DNA of 63,985 nt, the filler included, from Octopus bimaculoides (Eukaryota), in assembly GCF_001194135.2 (NCBI RefSeq). It is 8 parts of 6 records of this genome, joined end to end, with 100 filler letters (N's around TTAATTAATTAA, not from the genome) between each part and the next. Parts side by side here need not be neighbours in the genome. Positions count along the whole stretch, not along the records: positions 51,345 to 56,555 come from NC_068981.1; positions 56,656 to 62,810 come from NC_069000.1; positions 62,911 to 63,985 come from NW_026377184.1; 5 more parts are not named here. One strand, given 5' to 3'. A program made the position numbers and the translations under genes. Of this stretch, positions 51,946-63,985 are shown piece after piece. The notes beneath the pieces are model-generated. The model was given only the letters and a program-made list of their open reading frames with translations. It did no database searches and had not been told where the DNA came from. The first letter of the stretch is position 1, and every line of letters starts with the position of its first letter.

Positions 51946-53083
51946 TGCTGCGCAAGAGCAAGCTCTAAGAATGTATTACATCTAAGTGATAAGTGATAAG
52001 TGATAAGTGCAGAATAATAATAATAACAATAGCAAGAATAGCACCCCCTAAAAAATTAAGCATTGTACAATCAACAGATAACATTCTAAATATTAGGGAT
52101 CAAAGTTCTCTCCCTGGAAATACAAGCAATATTGTACACGTAAATATCTCAAAGAAGAGTCACTATGTGCGACGGTAATCCCAACAGGATAGCATGTATC
52201 CAAAATGCAAAATCTCAACGCACATAGCACACAAAATTCTACACACAGTACAAATATGCCCGAAATGTGCTCATTTTCTGCGCTCGTAATGTTTTATAAA
52301 CCAAGAGGAGATAGAATCTTCGGTGAGGGAGTTCTCAATTTCGAAGCAAAGAGCTGGTATCAGAACTGCACGAAACAAATGACAGAAAAGTGGTTTCAGA
52401 CGGTGCAACATGACGGCCTCTACCATGAACGCTAGGCTCCTCTCGCTGTAACTTGAGGAGTAAAGTAAATAGGTTGCCAAAATATGGCAACACTTTTCAC
52501 TCAACACAATAAATATGCAATGCATTTGTTCCAGACAATTTTAATAACCATAGGCAATAATATTAATGAATGAAATGCAATTTATTAATTATTTATACAT
52601 GTTTCACTGATTAAAACAATGTAGTTTACAAATAAATATTGAAACATTCATAAGGGAACAACGTGAATATATTTCATATAAGCAATTAATCACAAATTAT
52701 TTGACGAAACACAAATCAAATTTCTATTCATAATAGACGTAGTCATTATTTGTTAATTTTAATATGATTATATTGTGTGATTTAAATTTAAATCTCCGGT
52801 TAGCTTTTGAATAAGCAGGATTCTTTAGGGATATTTTCAAAATAGGCTGCTGCTAAACGTTTTCCATACTTTACATTATAATTTGAAGAATGCTTTACTT
52901 ATTTATTATTTTTTTTTTTTTTTCAATTCTGAAGAAAAATTGCCTGATGTAAGTGAAGATACTTGTGACAATTTCGAAATATTTACGTATAATTGTGCGA
53001 GTTTAATTACCGATTATTTAACAATTCATGAAAAGAATGCCATCCTCAAACAATCTTCTAAAAATCGCGATCAAAAATTGTTG

Positions 53084-53141
<58 letters not shown>

Positions 53142-53168
53142 CATTATTATTATAATAATAATTATTAT

Positions 53169-53375
53169 TATTATTGTATAGTCTTCTTTTTATCACTTGC
53201 TTTCATTGCATAACCGAGCGCAGCTCTCTGTTCATTGGGTAATGTGCTTCGGTTTGTTGTGGTGATCATATGTTCAATGTATTAAATGGTTTACGTAGGA
53301 TGTGTGGAGTGCCTAGTAGTGCTATTTTTGTTATATACACTTGTAAGTCCTGGTGTTTGGTGATGTATTTGTCTG
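53169..53375 (-). mobile_element. R4/Dong-clade 3' end between (ATT)n arrays
   Basis: KIALLGTPHILRK-like terminal motif plus 3' UTR. Confidence 0.7.
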
Positions 53376-53388
53376 AATGTTTTTAATA

Positions 53389-53467
<79 letters not shown>

Positions 53468-53880
53468 TCACTTCTCACAGCTCTCGATTTCTCTTGCACC
53501 GGGTAATTTGGTAAGAAAGGACAGCAATCTCTTGTCAAATATCTCAGTCTTTCTTCCCAGGATACAAAATTCAAAAGCAAGTACCAATCTCAAATTCTCT
53601 GCTGTCCCCAAAGAAATTAATTTTTTCACTATATATTTTCCCTCATGTCACTCCCAATATCTCCTGCAAATTTCTGATACTCGGATGTTGAAGGTTTCAG
53701 TGCCCCTACAATTTCTGTGTTTTAGTGTTTTGTACTTCTCAATCTTTTCCAGCTCTTTGTCACTCACTCGTGCATCTCCAGGTATAACAACATCAATGAC
53801 GTTGTCTTCCTACATCTTTTTTATTCAGCAGATCAATGTCTGATCTCCGAACATCACTCATGGTGTCACGCTGCATTGTA
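53468..53880 (-). mobile_element. R4/Dong-clade 3' end (RLE) abutting (ATT)n
   Basis: IDVVIPGDARVSDKELEKIEKYKTL and GTAENLRLVL. Confidence 0.82.
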
Positions 53881-56400
53881 AAATTTAAGCTCTTATATTC
53901 GTTATTCGCGTTGATGCCTTCTGGTTTAAGCTCCTCCCACTTCAAAGTCTTTTGAAAGCAGTACTTGTCACAAACTTTTTAATGAGCAAATCTGTTTTAC
54001 GTAGTAACAACGCGGAAACATTGATAAATGTGTCGTTACCTGGAAGTAATGATTTCTATTCTACATTTGTAAGTTAAATCTTTTCACGGAAATGTTTGAT
54101 GCTGAGGCTTTCCTAGAAAATGTTTTCATTATTTATTGGTTAAGCTATAGGAATTAATTAGTAGTAACGCTAGATTTAAAATCATCTCAGCTCGGAGATT
54201 GTATCTAGCAATTTCAATAGTGTGAATACTTTAGAAGCACAGAAGTGCTAGGTACTGATTTTATAATTGCGAATTTTATTCTGCTTACCCAGAAATTATG
54301 TTTGATTATCTCATTTATCCCGTAACCTATGAATGAATTTCCTCTTATTATTATTTTTTTCATTTACTATGCCATGTCTTTTTCGGATGGTTCGATATGT
54401 ATTCGGGGGTTCGAATTTCGTTTCAACCTATAGTTGTTTAACAATACAAGCCTTATATTTACTTGAATGACCAGTTGCAATATTTTGAATTTGGTAGAAT
54501 GTACAGAACCCGTTTGTCTTCACTTCATGTGCATTTCTACAACTGATTATATTGATGTTTCTCTATTGAAAAAGGAAGAAAAAGGTGTGACACTATGTCG
54601 TTAATGCGAGGGGGAAAATAAATGAATATCATGAACTGTAACTTTATTCTGCAAAACATATTTCATTCTTTTCTACAATGAAGAATCTTTCTTGTTAATG
54701 TATATGGCAACAATAATTATCATTCTTAAAATATTTAATTATCCCTGAGATCTCGCTGGGTCGTGAATAGATTTGGTTACTGCTATTCTTGTTGATTTTT
54801 CGCAACTATTTTACGCTGGTTGTTCTAACGATATAAAATAAGGATCAAGTTCCATCTAACATTGTCTATTGCAGTTTTGTTTTATCTAAGGAGTGTATCA
54901 TTGAAACGTCGCTTTTTTTTAAGGTGATAGGTGTCATTTGAACAAGACTGAATTGGTGACTCCAGGAGCGTTTGTGACGGCATAAAATGTCCCTATTTTT
55001 TGCATTTGATGTCAGAGATGTGTAATATATGTTGCTGCTAAGATGAGGTCTGCAAGACAAACGAAAATGTGTAAGAACATGAGATGAATAGATGAAATGA
55101 AACAACAAAAACAAATTAATGAAGTTGTCTAAAAGAAAACATAGACTAAATATCGACCCGGTTTTGGAAATGATTTATTAAAATGGCATGAAATCCAAGA
55201 TAAATATGATAATCACGTTGACATTTTCAAAATGCTTTTACAGAAAATGAAAACGAAAATATGCTATTTTTATCACATGGTAATCTTCTCATTCTATTCA
55301 ATTTAATGTACAGTTTAAGATAATGAAGTATTTGATTTTCTTTAGTAAGTTTACGGATAAAATACAGATAAAAAAGTAATCATTCTAAATACATTATTTG
55401 CACACATGTTGCTAACAGATTTCCTATAACGCCCAATTTTATAGAATCACCAAAACACACTTATATTTTCATTTCTGGTGAGCTGTCGAAACTATACGCT
55501 GATACATGAAACGGAAGTTTAATCCCATGTTTTTATTTACATTTAGTCAATAAAAAAATCATCTAAAGAATGTCAGAAATGTTGTAATTTCAAGCTATAG
55601 GCATAACATATTCATTTATCAGTTTCAAGAAACTTTACAAATGTTGAATAAATAATAGTTAATGTTTCGAAACATTATCAATTCTATTGAATGTAGTTAG
55701 TTGACGAGTTTATCAGCTATGCTTGTCACTGTGCTCTTAGCCAATAGATTATTTGGGGAATATATCAGAAAAAGCTATAGAAAGTATTTTGTGAAAGAAA
55801 GTGATCTTGTTTAGAAAATGTCACTTTGAAATTTGAGATATGTTAGTTCCTATAAAAGAACTTTAAGTATAACAATACGATTTTATTCACGAGAATAATT
55901 GCATTCATTTTGATCACTCGGTAATTCGAGACCGAACATTCCGCCTCACTAGTGCGTGGAAAAATAAATGGATAATTTATAATTCAATTTTAGCTTTAAA
56001 TTGGGACAAATGTTTCATTATGCCGCGAAAAATAAATATTTCTTCCAGTAATTTCATGCGGTAAAGTCATTATTCACCCTAAAATTATTTAAAATTGCAT
56101 GATGAATAGAAAAGGTTATAAAAAATTCATTTGCATAGGAAGAAAACTAGAGATTTTCTAACGCCTGAAGACAGAATATTGTGAAGAACATGCCATTTCC
56201 AAGAGAAAATATTAAGAAACATTTGCTCAACCTATAACTTCTAAATTTGACTCGAAGAAAAATTTAAAATCTTGTTTCAGGATGCGCGCAAAAGTCAAAG
56301 ATAAAAGATTGCGGAAATAATATATGAGAATATTGATAGCAAGAGAAAAATCAGCAACATATTTATATCGGAGACTGCAGGGACATAACATAACATATAA

Positions 56401-56540
56401 AGGGGTTAGAAAAGGTGAAGAACCGCTGCAATAAGTGTGTGAATCTGAGAGGGGAATATGTTGAATAAAATTATAATTAACTGATCCTCCTGTATTTCCT
56501 TTCAACCAAAGCCAGGAACATCTCAGTCCTACCCCGTGTA
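56401..56540 (-). mobile_element. mariner-derived MITE, partial second copy
   Basis: Homologous to 14006-14150. Confidence 0.75.
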
Positions 56541-56655
56541 TATATATATGTGTATNNNNNNNNNNNNNNNNNNNNNNNNNNNNNNNNNNNNNNNNNNNNT
56601 TAATTAATTAANNNNNNNNNNNNNNNNNNNNNNNNNNNNNNNNNNNNNNNNNNNN

Positions 56656-57080
56656 CATACGGGTGGAGTCTTGTGGAGATGCTCCTTCACACCGGACAAA
56701 ATCTGTCCCCTTTGCTAACATACGGGTGGAGTCTTGTGGACATGCTCCTTCACTCCGGACAAAATCTGTCCCCTTTGCTTACATACGGGTGGAGTCTTGT
56801 GGAGATGCTCCTTCACTCCGGACAAAATCTGTCCCCTTTGCTAACATACGGGTGGAGTCTTGTGGAGATGCTCCTTCACACCGGACAAAATCTGTCCCCT
56901 TTGCTAACATACGGGTGGAGTCTTGTGGACATGCTCCTTCACTCCGGACAAAATCTGTCCCCTTTGCTAACATACGGGTGGAGTCTTGTGGAGATGCTCC
57001 TTCACTCCGGACAAAATCTGACCCCTTTGCTAACATACGGGTGGAATCTTGTGGAGATGCTCCTTCACTCCGGACAAAAT
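56656..57080 (+). repeat. 63-bp minisatellite, at least 6.7 units
   Basis: Unit CATACGGGTGGAGTCTTGTGGAGATGCTCCTTCAC(A/T)CCGGACAAAATCTGTCCCCTTTGCTAA; starts at a synthetic join. Confidence 0.97.
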
Positions 57081-57613
57081 ACTTAGCGCTCTTTACGTTT
57101 TGAGTTCAAATCCTGCCGAAGTCAACTTTACTTGATCGATAAAAAAGTACCAGTCAAGCGCTGAGGTTGATGATATTGACTTATCCTTTCCCTTAACCTT
57201 AAAATTGCTGGCCTTGTGCCAAAATTTGGAACCATTTTATTTTGCAAGAAAGGTGGCAGACTGGTAGAATCGGTAGAACGCTGGACAAAATGCTTAGCGG
57301 CGTATCTTCCTGCTCTTTACGTTCTGAGTTCAAATACCGCCGAGGTTGATTTTGCTTTTCAGCCTTTCGAAGTCAATAAAATATGTACCACTCAAACACT
57401 GAGGTCGGTGATATCGATTTACCCCTTATCCTTTAGGATAAAGGGTAGGGGTAAAGCCATGAGATTGTTGACAAGTTTTTCCGCCATGTAAGGGTAATTT
57501 ACCCAGTATTTCTGCTGTTCTAACGGCAACTCCGCGTTCGAGAAAATACCTTCTTAATTTTTATCATACAATACATAGATAGATAGATACTTATGTACAT
57601 ACAAACACATGTA

Positions 57614-57648
<35 letters not shown>

Positions 57649-57830
57649 ATAAACAAATATTTGCTTTTTATTAGAAGCGTCGAAGGCGGCGTGTCGGCAG
57701 AATCGTTAGCAACGCCGGCATTACTTGTTGCGTTCTGAGTTCAAAGGCTGCCAAGACCGTCTTTGCCTTTCATCCTTTCGGTGGGTCGTAATCGACAAGG
57801 GCAAGCCCCTTCTCTAGAAAATTGTGCCAT
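57068..57830 (+). mobile_element. Three same-strand SINE family C copies (57068-57235, 57250-57430, 57672-57830)
   Basis: Repeated TTCTGAGTTCAAA..GCCGAGGT..TTTGCCTTTCA core. Confidence 0.8.
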
Positions 57831-58079
57831 TGTGCCACAATTTGAGATCGTTTAACTCGGTGGGGTGTTTGTCGTTTTCTTTTTTTTTGTGTGCTTTTAA
57901 AAAACATGCACTCTTCAATTTGTTCTTTAGTTTTCTTGTGTCTAACTTCAAATACTTGAGTATGATCTTGGTTCGAATTATTGTCATAGAGTGGATTCTA
58001 ATGCTGTTAGTGGACACCATCTGCAATAGATATTTAGTTTAGTTTTGAATAAGAAAAAGTGAGTCCTGTTAGCTTCTGT

Positions 58080-58440
58080 GAAAAGTGAAATAATTTAACG
58101 TTTCGGTCATTTGTCCTTTTTCGGAGACAAAGAGTGGATATAAAATCATTGTAGAGAAGGTGATGTGGGAAGAGACACAAGAAAGCTAATGAGAGAGGTG
58201 GTATAGATAGTGTGAAAAGTTAAAATTGGGGTGACGGAGTAAAAGATCTAAGTTAGTTGAAATGAGAAGATAGTATTCAGGTTGTACCTCTGTGCAAAGA
58301 CAGTTCCACACTGCGACCAGTTTATCTAGATTTATTTTCTACAGCAGTTGTCGGTAATACGTTAGTGTCCTAGTATCAATAGACAATTTCTTTTTCCACT
58401 TCGGTAGAAAAACGAAATCAGCAGACGATGTTTTCCTTCC
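58080..58440 (-). mobile_element. Possible Penelope 3' end/pLTR remnant
   Basis: Decayed hammerhead-like CCGAAAAAGGACAAATGACCGAAACGTTA (58096-58128) downstream of a weak endonuclease-like terminus. Confidence 0.35.
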
Positions 58441-58448
58441 TCTAATAG

Positions 58449-58503
<55 letters not shown>

Positions 58504-59414
58504 NNNNNNNNNNNNNNNNNNNNNNNNNNNNNNNNNNNNNNNNNNNNNNNNNNNNNNNNNNNNNNNNNNNNNNNNNNNNNNNNNNNNNNNNNNNNNNNNN
58601 NNNNNNNNNNNNNNNNNNNNNNNNNNNNNNNNNNNNNNNNNNNNNNNNNNNNNNNNNNNNNNNNNNNNNNNNNNNNNNNNNNNNNNNNNNNNNNNNNNNN
58701 NNNNNNNNNNNNNNNNNNNNNNNNNNNNNNNNNNNNNNNNNNNNNNNNNNNNNNNNNNNNNNNNNNNNNNNNNNNNNNNNNNNNNNNNNNNNNNNNNNNN
58801 NNNNNNNNNNNNNNNNNNNNNNNNNNNNNNNNNNNNNNNNNNNNNNNNNNNNNNNNNNNNNNNNNNNNNNNNNNNNNNNNNNNNNNNNNNNNNNNNNNNN
58901 NNNNNNNNNNNNNNNNNNNNNNNNNNNNNNNNNNNNNNNNNNNNNNNNNNNNNNNNNATATACATACACACATGCAGATGGACTCTCTCAATTTCTTTCT
59001 TTTTTTCTTTCTTTCTTTCTTTCTTTCTTACACACACGCATATATGCATATACACATACAAGCATACAAGTTCTGCTACTTACGTTTTTTGAGGTATTGC
59101 CGTCTTTCAGTATGTTTTTATTTTTTCCTGGTGGAGAAGAGAAAGAAAAAAAAATTAGAAAGTGAAACTATAGAAGTATTGGAGGCGTCGTTGTTCAATA
59201 CTCTTAGTTTTTAATTTGTATTTGTCAGTTTTGCTCACGTCTTTGTTTTTCACAACAATAACAAAATACAAAATATCTGCCCCCCCCCCAAAAAAAAACT
59301 TATATGAATACAAATGTTATGGTAGAAAATGGAAAAAGGAAAAATGGAACCAAAATAAATGAGAACAGAAGAAGAAATAAAGACAAACACATACATACAT
59401 ACATACAATGACAG

Positions 59415-59650
59415 TTGTAACAAAACACGTATCACGAAAGAATATTACAGTCGAGTAAAGAAAATTTGGACCTTAGAAGTCTCTGCATTCAATAAGATAG
59501 TGGCCCACAATGTGTTTGCAGTGCCAGTACTCATACCAACATTTGGGCTGCTTGATTGGACATTTGAAGAGACCTGAGCTGTTGATGTGAAAACGTGAAA
59601 AATACTAACAAGCACACATAATTTCCGCATAAACAGTGATGTAGATCGGC
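59415..59650 (+). mobile_element. R4/Dong-clade RT C-terminal fragment
   Basis: KEYYSRVKKIW..HNVFAVPVLIPTFGLLDWT..NSDVDR; same subfamily as 62040-62810. Confidence 0.82.
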
Positions 59651-59907
59651 AGAGGCTTAACATCGATCCAAAATGCCTTTGCATGTCGTATCATATCTCT
59701 TCAGCAACATCTTTTAACCACCAAGTGTCGAAGTGTATCCTTTGACCAAGTTTGTATATATGAGGCTGATAACATCATAAGACTTGGAAGGCAGCGCGTT
59801 GAACAATATTCCTTGTCTGATATCCTAGAATACATATCCAAAGAAGTCGCACAACTCTACCTCAACGTATTATCAGATGAATGGATGAGCATATATGACC
59901 AAATATA

Positions 59908-59941
<34 letters not shown>

Positions 59942-59953
59942 AACAATTGCAGC

Positions 59954-60073
59954 GTGGAAGGTGTTTATAAGCCATTTAAAATAACACACAAAATCCGTTA
60001 GATTCACTTCAACATTGAAGTGAATCTAACGGATTTTGTGTGTTATTTTAAATGGCTTATAAACACCTTCCAC
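59954..60073. repeat. Perfect palindrome, 59-bp arms, 2-nt loop
   Basis: 59954-60012 is the exact reverse complement of 60015-60073; it ends at an N gap. Confidence 0.95.
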
Positions 60074-60571
60074 NNNNNNNNNNNNNNNNNNNNNNNNNNN
60101 NNNNNNNNNNNNNNNNNNNNNNNNNNNNNNNNNNNNNNNNNNNNNNNNNNNNNNNNNNNNNNNNNNNNNNNNNNNNNNNNNNNNNNNNNNNNNNNNNNNN
60201 NNNNNNNNNNNNNNNNNNNNNNNNNNNNNNNNNNNNNNNNNNNNNNNNNNNNNNNNNNNNNNNNNNNNNNNNNNNNNNNNNNNNNNNNNNNNNNNNNNNN
60301 NNNNNNNNNNNNNNNNNNNNNNNNNNNNNNNNNNNNNNNNNNNNNNNNNNNNNNNNNNNNNTTGAATGAAGTTGCAACGGTCATGTCCTTCACGGAAAAC
60401 TCCCACACCAGTGAGACAGAGAAATCCTCTTTGGGTCGCACATGAGTCGACGCCTTAACAACCTCCGTTCATCAAACGCAAAAGTCAACAAAATCTTATA
60501 TGAACATCTCCGGGTCATTTTGTCCCTGTTTGAGAATCACTGCTTTACATGGACACTTAAAATACTACTTT

Positions 60572-60972
60572 ACTCTTTTCCTCTTTTCCTTTTTTAGTCA
60601 TTTGACTGTGACCATGCTGGAGCACCGCCTTTTAGTCGAGCTAATCGACCCCAGGACTTATTCTTTGGAAGCCTAGTACTTATTCTATCGGTCTCTTTAG
60701 CCGAACCGCTAAGTTACGGGGACATAAACACACCAGCATCAGTTGTCAAGTGACGTTGGGGGGCAAACACAGACACACAAACATATATACACACATACAT
60801 ACATATATATACATATATACGACGGTTTCCGTCTACCAAATCCACTCACAAGGCTTTGGCCGGCCCGAAGCTATAGTAGAAGACACTCGCCCAAGGTGTC
60901 ACGCAGCGGGACTGAACCCGGAACCATGTAGTTGATAAGCAAGCTACTTACTACACAGCCATTCCTACGCCT
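60572..60972 (-). mobile_element. SINE family A, full length
   Basis: Closely matches 5171-5569. Confidence 0.9.
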
Positions 60973-62039
60973 ACGACTGTCGATATCCAATTTACTATTT
61001 TGCTAGCGTGGGCCCCACCCCTAAATAAGGCTTATATGAACCTCCCCCCACCCAGGGGTAATATGGACATCAGTAGAGAACCACTGCTCTCATCAGTTTC
61101 CTCCATCCTTCTACAGCTGGTTGACAATAGAGAAATGAAATTACCAGAAACATTTAACAAGTGTGATTTGTCTGTTCCTTTCTTGTTTGCGTCAATAGCT
61201 GTCGTCACTGGAATAACAGTTCTGAAAAATAAAAATCGAACAGAATGGAATAACAGAATACAAACAGGCAGTTTTATACTTCTGATACATCTATCCTCGT
61301 TTATCCCGGATGCTTAGTTTAAAAAAAAACAAACCCACCGGGTTAAATGAATCACAGATAAATGAATGATAGAACTTAAGGGGAAAAATAGGTTTCGTTC
61401 TGAGATCTTAAGCAATCCTGAACATTGTGGAGGGTTGCTTTTATGGTCCAAGCAGAATCTTTAACTCGTATATACACTTACGTTTTCTTCTTCATTCGTT
61501 TGTATTGACGAAATAAAAAAAATAAGACGATCATTAAAACCAGAAGGAAAACTATAATAAACGCAATTGTAATTTTTCCTGTTGAAGTTTCAGACCACAG
61601 TTTTACGTCCGTGTTGTATGGTTGTATATCCAATATATTGAAATCATCCCAGACCGGACCTGAAAAGAATAATAATAATAATAAAAGAAATAATAATAAA
61701 GAAACCCCAAAACGTACGAAAAAAAAAAATGATTTCTGTCACAGATTCAAATTTACGAATTACATTGTGTAATACGATTTTTGTCTTTGGGTAGGGACTG
61801 TTAATTCCTATTTGCTGACCCTTAGAAGGTATGAGAAATGACTTATATTTGCTTTAAACTTTGCTTTTGTTACATTTATTCAAACCTCAAAGACTCCTTC
61901 TCAACACATGGCTATATGATGCTCCCCCCATTACTGCTCTTGATTAGAGACGTACGTATTGTCAGCCACTAAGGGACATACCTAAGCGGTACATTTGACA
62001 GAAGTTTTGATGGGAATATTCCACCAGTATTCCTTGAGT

Positions 62040-62810
62040 TGGTGTTTATAAATGTATTCCACAACAAGAATTTTCTATGTTTATTTCAGGACAGATTTTT
62101 TCTTTTGCGGATACCGTGACAACATTTTAGGACAGCTGTTAATCACATCCGTAATGTCTTCCACAGAAACACGACAGCCTACACATGCGGTTGTACCTTG
62201 GGATTACAAGAGCGTCTCTCTTGTTCACCAGGTACTTTATGGTAATCTCTTGTTCCTGGATTGCATACGCATAGCCTTGAAAGTGTAATGTGATGTAGCG
62301 GTCTTGTGTCCAAGAGACGCTGCGCTTCGTGTCAATTCTAACTTCTTCAAGCTTCCGGGCAACATACCCATACATGGTCTTTTTTTTTTTTGTATGCTGA
62401 GTGCTTTCCATCCAGGTCGTCTCTGAGGTAAGAGAGTCCAGCTCTTTTGGGGCTGTGTAGGAGATCATCAGGAAGAGAGTGCTTCTTGAGGATTTCACTG
62501 CCAATTCGTACAATGTTGCTCACTTCACTTTTCAGGGCTGCATTAATATATTTATTTTTGCTGCTGTTGTTTAGCAGGTGCTGCCTGACTGATACCATAC
62601 AGCATTCAAAGGCCGTCTGCACTGACCTCAGGCCTCTATCACCTTGATTTCTTCTTAGGTAGAGCCTGTCAACATCACCGTTTCTGTGGAAGTTCCCAGT
62701 TGTTTTCAGGATTTTGCGGGTTTTGATAGCTATGGAGAGGATTTCCTCTAAAGACCAATCAAGTATCTCAGATGTTGGGATCAGCACTGGTACTGCAAAC
62801 GCATTGTGTG
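62040..62810 (-). mobile_element. R4/Dong-clade fragment, RT C-terminus to CCHC knuckle
   Basis: AVPVLIPTSEILDWS..DVDRLYLRRNQGDRGL..MYGYV..YAIQEQEI..MCRL. Confidence 0.88.
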
Positions 62811-62910
62811 NNNNNNNNNNNNNNNNNNNNNNNNNNNNNNNNNNNNNNNNNNNNTTAATTAATTAANNNNNNNNNNNNNNNNNNNNNNNNNNNNNNNNNN
62901 NNNNNNNNNN

Positions 62911-63344
62911 TAGTCTGCAGGAGGGTGTCATAAAATCGGTCTTTCTGTCCGTCGGGTAGCATGGGCTGAGGGGCATAGGCCGAGATAATGGTTGCTAACC
63001 CATGGTGTAGGACTAATCTAATCCTAAGTATTCTATCGCATGCTCTAACTACCTCGATTACTTTATCCACCCATTTCTCTGCTAGAAGTATTCCCAGGCC
63101 CCCAACCCCGTCTGTGTTCCCTGCCCAGAAAATCTTGTACCTGTGTTCTTTGCCTGTGAGGAACCTAGCGAAACCTCTCTACCTTAGTTCTTGGAGGCAG
63201 CAGATATCGACATATCTCTCTTCAAGCATCTCAACAATCTCACCAGACCTACCTTTCAGTGAGCCGACAGTGAGAGTGCCAACAAGGAGTGTGGGTGGTA
63301 TGGGCCCGTGAGACCCTGGGATGGGGAACAGCAGCATCATGTAC
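62911..63344 (-). mobile_element. RTE LINE 5' end, AP endonuclease N-terminus
   Basis: VGTLTVGSLKGRSGEIVEML..DICCLQELR..YKIFWAGN..DRILRIRL..IISAYAPQ; truncated by a synthetic join. Confidence 0.9.
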
Positions 63345-63622
63345 CTGAAAGGAAAGCTTGCAGTTTGCAGAATTCATAAACAATCAGTAGCATTCATTTC
63401 AGTCTGCATCTACTACACTATTGTATTTTGCACCATATGATCGCTACCTTACATAGGGGATAAACACTAAGTTGCGGGAGGGGGGAATGGTGTGAAACCT
63501 TTAGAAGTGTTCATGGGAGACAGTCAAGAACTTCCGGTACTGGTGGAGAAGATAGGAACTTCTGGTACTGGTGGAGAAGATAGGAACTACCGGTATGTAT
63601 GTATGTATATATATATATATAT

Positions 63623-63658
<36 letters not shown>

Positions 63659-63985
63659 GTTTAATGTCTGCCTTCCATGCTAGCATGGGTTGGACGATTT
63701 GACTGAGGACTGGTGAACCAGATAGCTACACCAGGCTCCAATCTGATTTGGCAGAGTTTCTGCAGCTGGATGCCCTTCCTAACGCCAACCACTCAGAGAG
63801 TGTAGTGGGTGCTTTCATGTGTCACCGGCATGAAGGCCAGTCAGGAGGTACTGGCAACGGCCATGTTCGAAATGGTGTATTTTACGTGCCACCTGCACAG
63901 AAGCCAGTTCAGTGGTACTGGCAACGAACTTATCAAATGTCTTTTCACGTGCCAGGAAGGTGACGTTGGTAACGATCACGCTCAA
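63623..63985 (-). mobile_element. RTE-type 3' UTR/tail with (ATC)n and internal tandem units
   Basis: Reverse-complement homology to 6722-6900; repeated GTGCCACC..GGTACTGGCAACG units. Confidence 0.75.

Noticed and set aside
54040-54112. Minus-strand exon with good acceptor and donor
   Set aside because: Stops in all three frames; it shows that splice-like pairs arise by chance here.
56656-57080. CRISPR-like array or repeat-protein CDS
   Set aside because: Units are contiguous with no unique spacers, the context is eukaryotic, and the ORFs are open only because a 63-bp unit lacks stops.
63528-63595. 28-bp tandem duplication (also the 15-bp x3 at about 45796-45842 and the 7-bp repeat at about 51980-52008)
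   Set aside because: Ordinary slippage-type duplications with no further structure.

Overview
AT-rich, microsatellite-dense eukaryotic genomic DNA made up mostly of decayed transposable elements. The SINE/LINE repertoire looks like an octopus (cephalopod) genome; this is recalled family resemblance, not a database match. I found no intact protein-coding gene. Recognisable remnants are: a hAT transposase fossil split by an RTE insertion; RTE, R4/Dong-type (RLE), CR1-like and Penelope retroelement fragments; Tc1 and mariner elements; hAT, pogo, mariner and piggyBac MITEs; and many tRNA-derived SINEs of at least three families. Seven 100-bp joins (44 N + TTAATTAATTAA + 44 N) are synthetic, so the window is a concatenation of eight segments whose adjacency is not guaranteed. 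The most notable observations are: a near-perfect minimal hammerhead ribozyme at 43916-43959; a mariner derivative with two 5' ends whose inversion junction recurs at a second locus; a 63-bp minisatellite with ABC-ABC higher-order structure fused to a SINE head; a frame-compatible chain of small candidate host exons on the minus strand at 38.2-39.2 kb; and repeated R4/Dong insertions at AAT microsatellites. I found no convincing wholly new biological system; most signals are new instances of known element classes.
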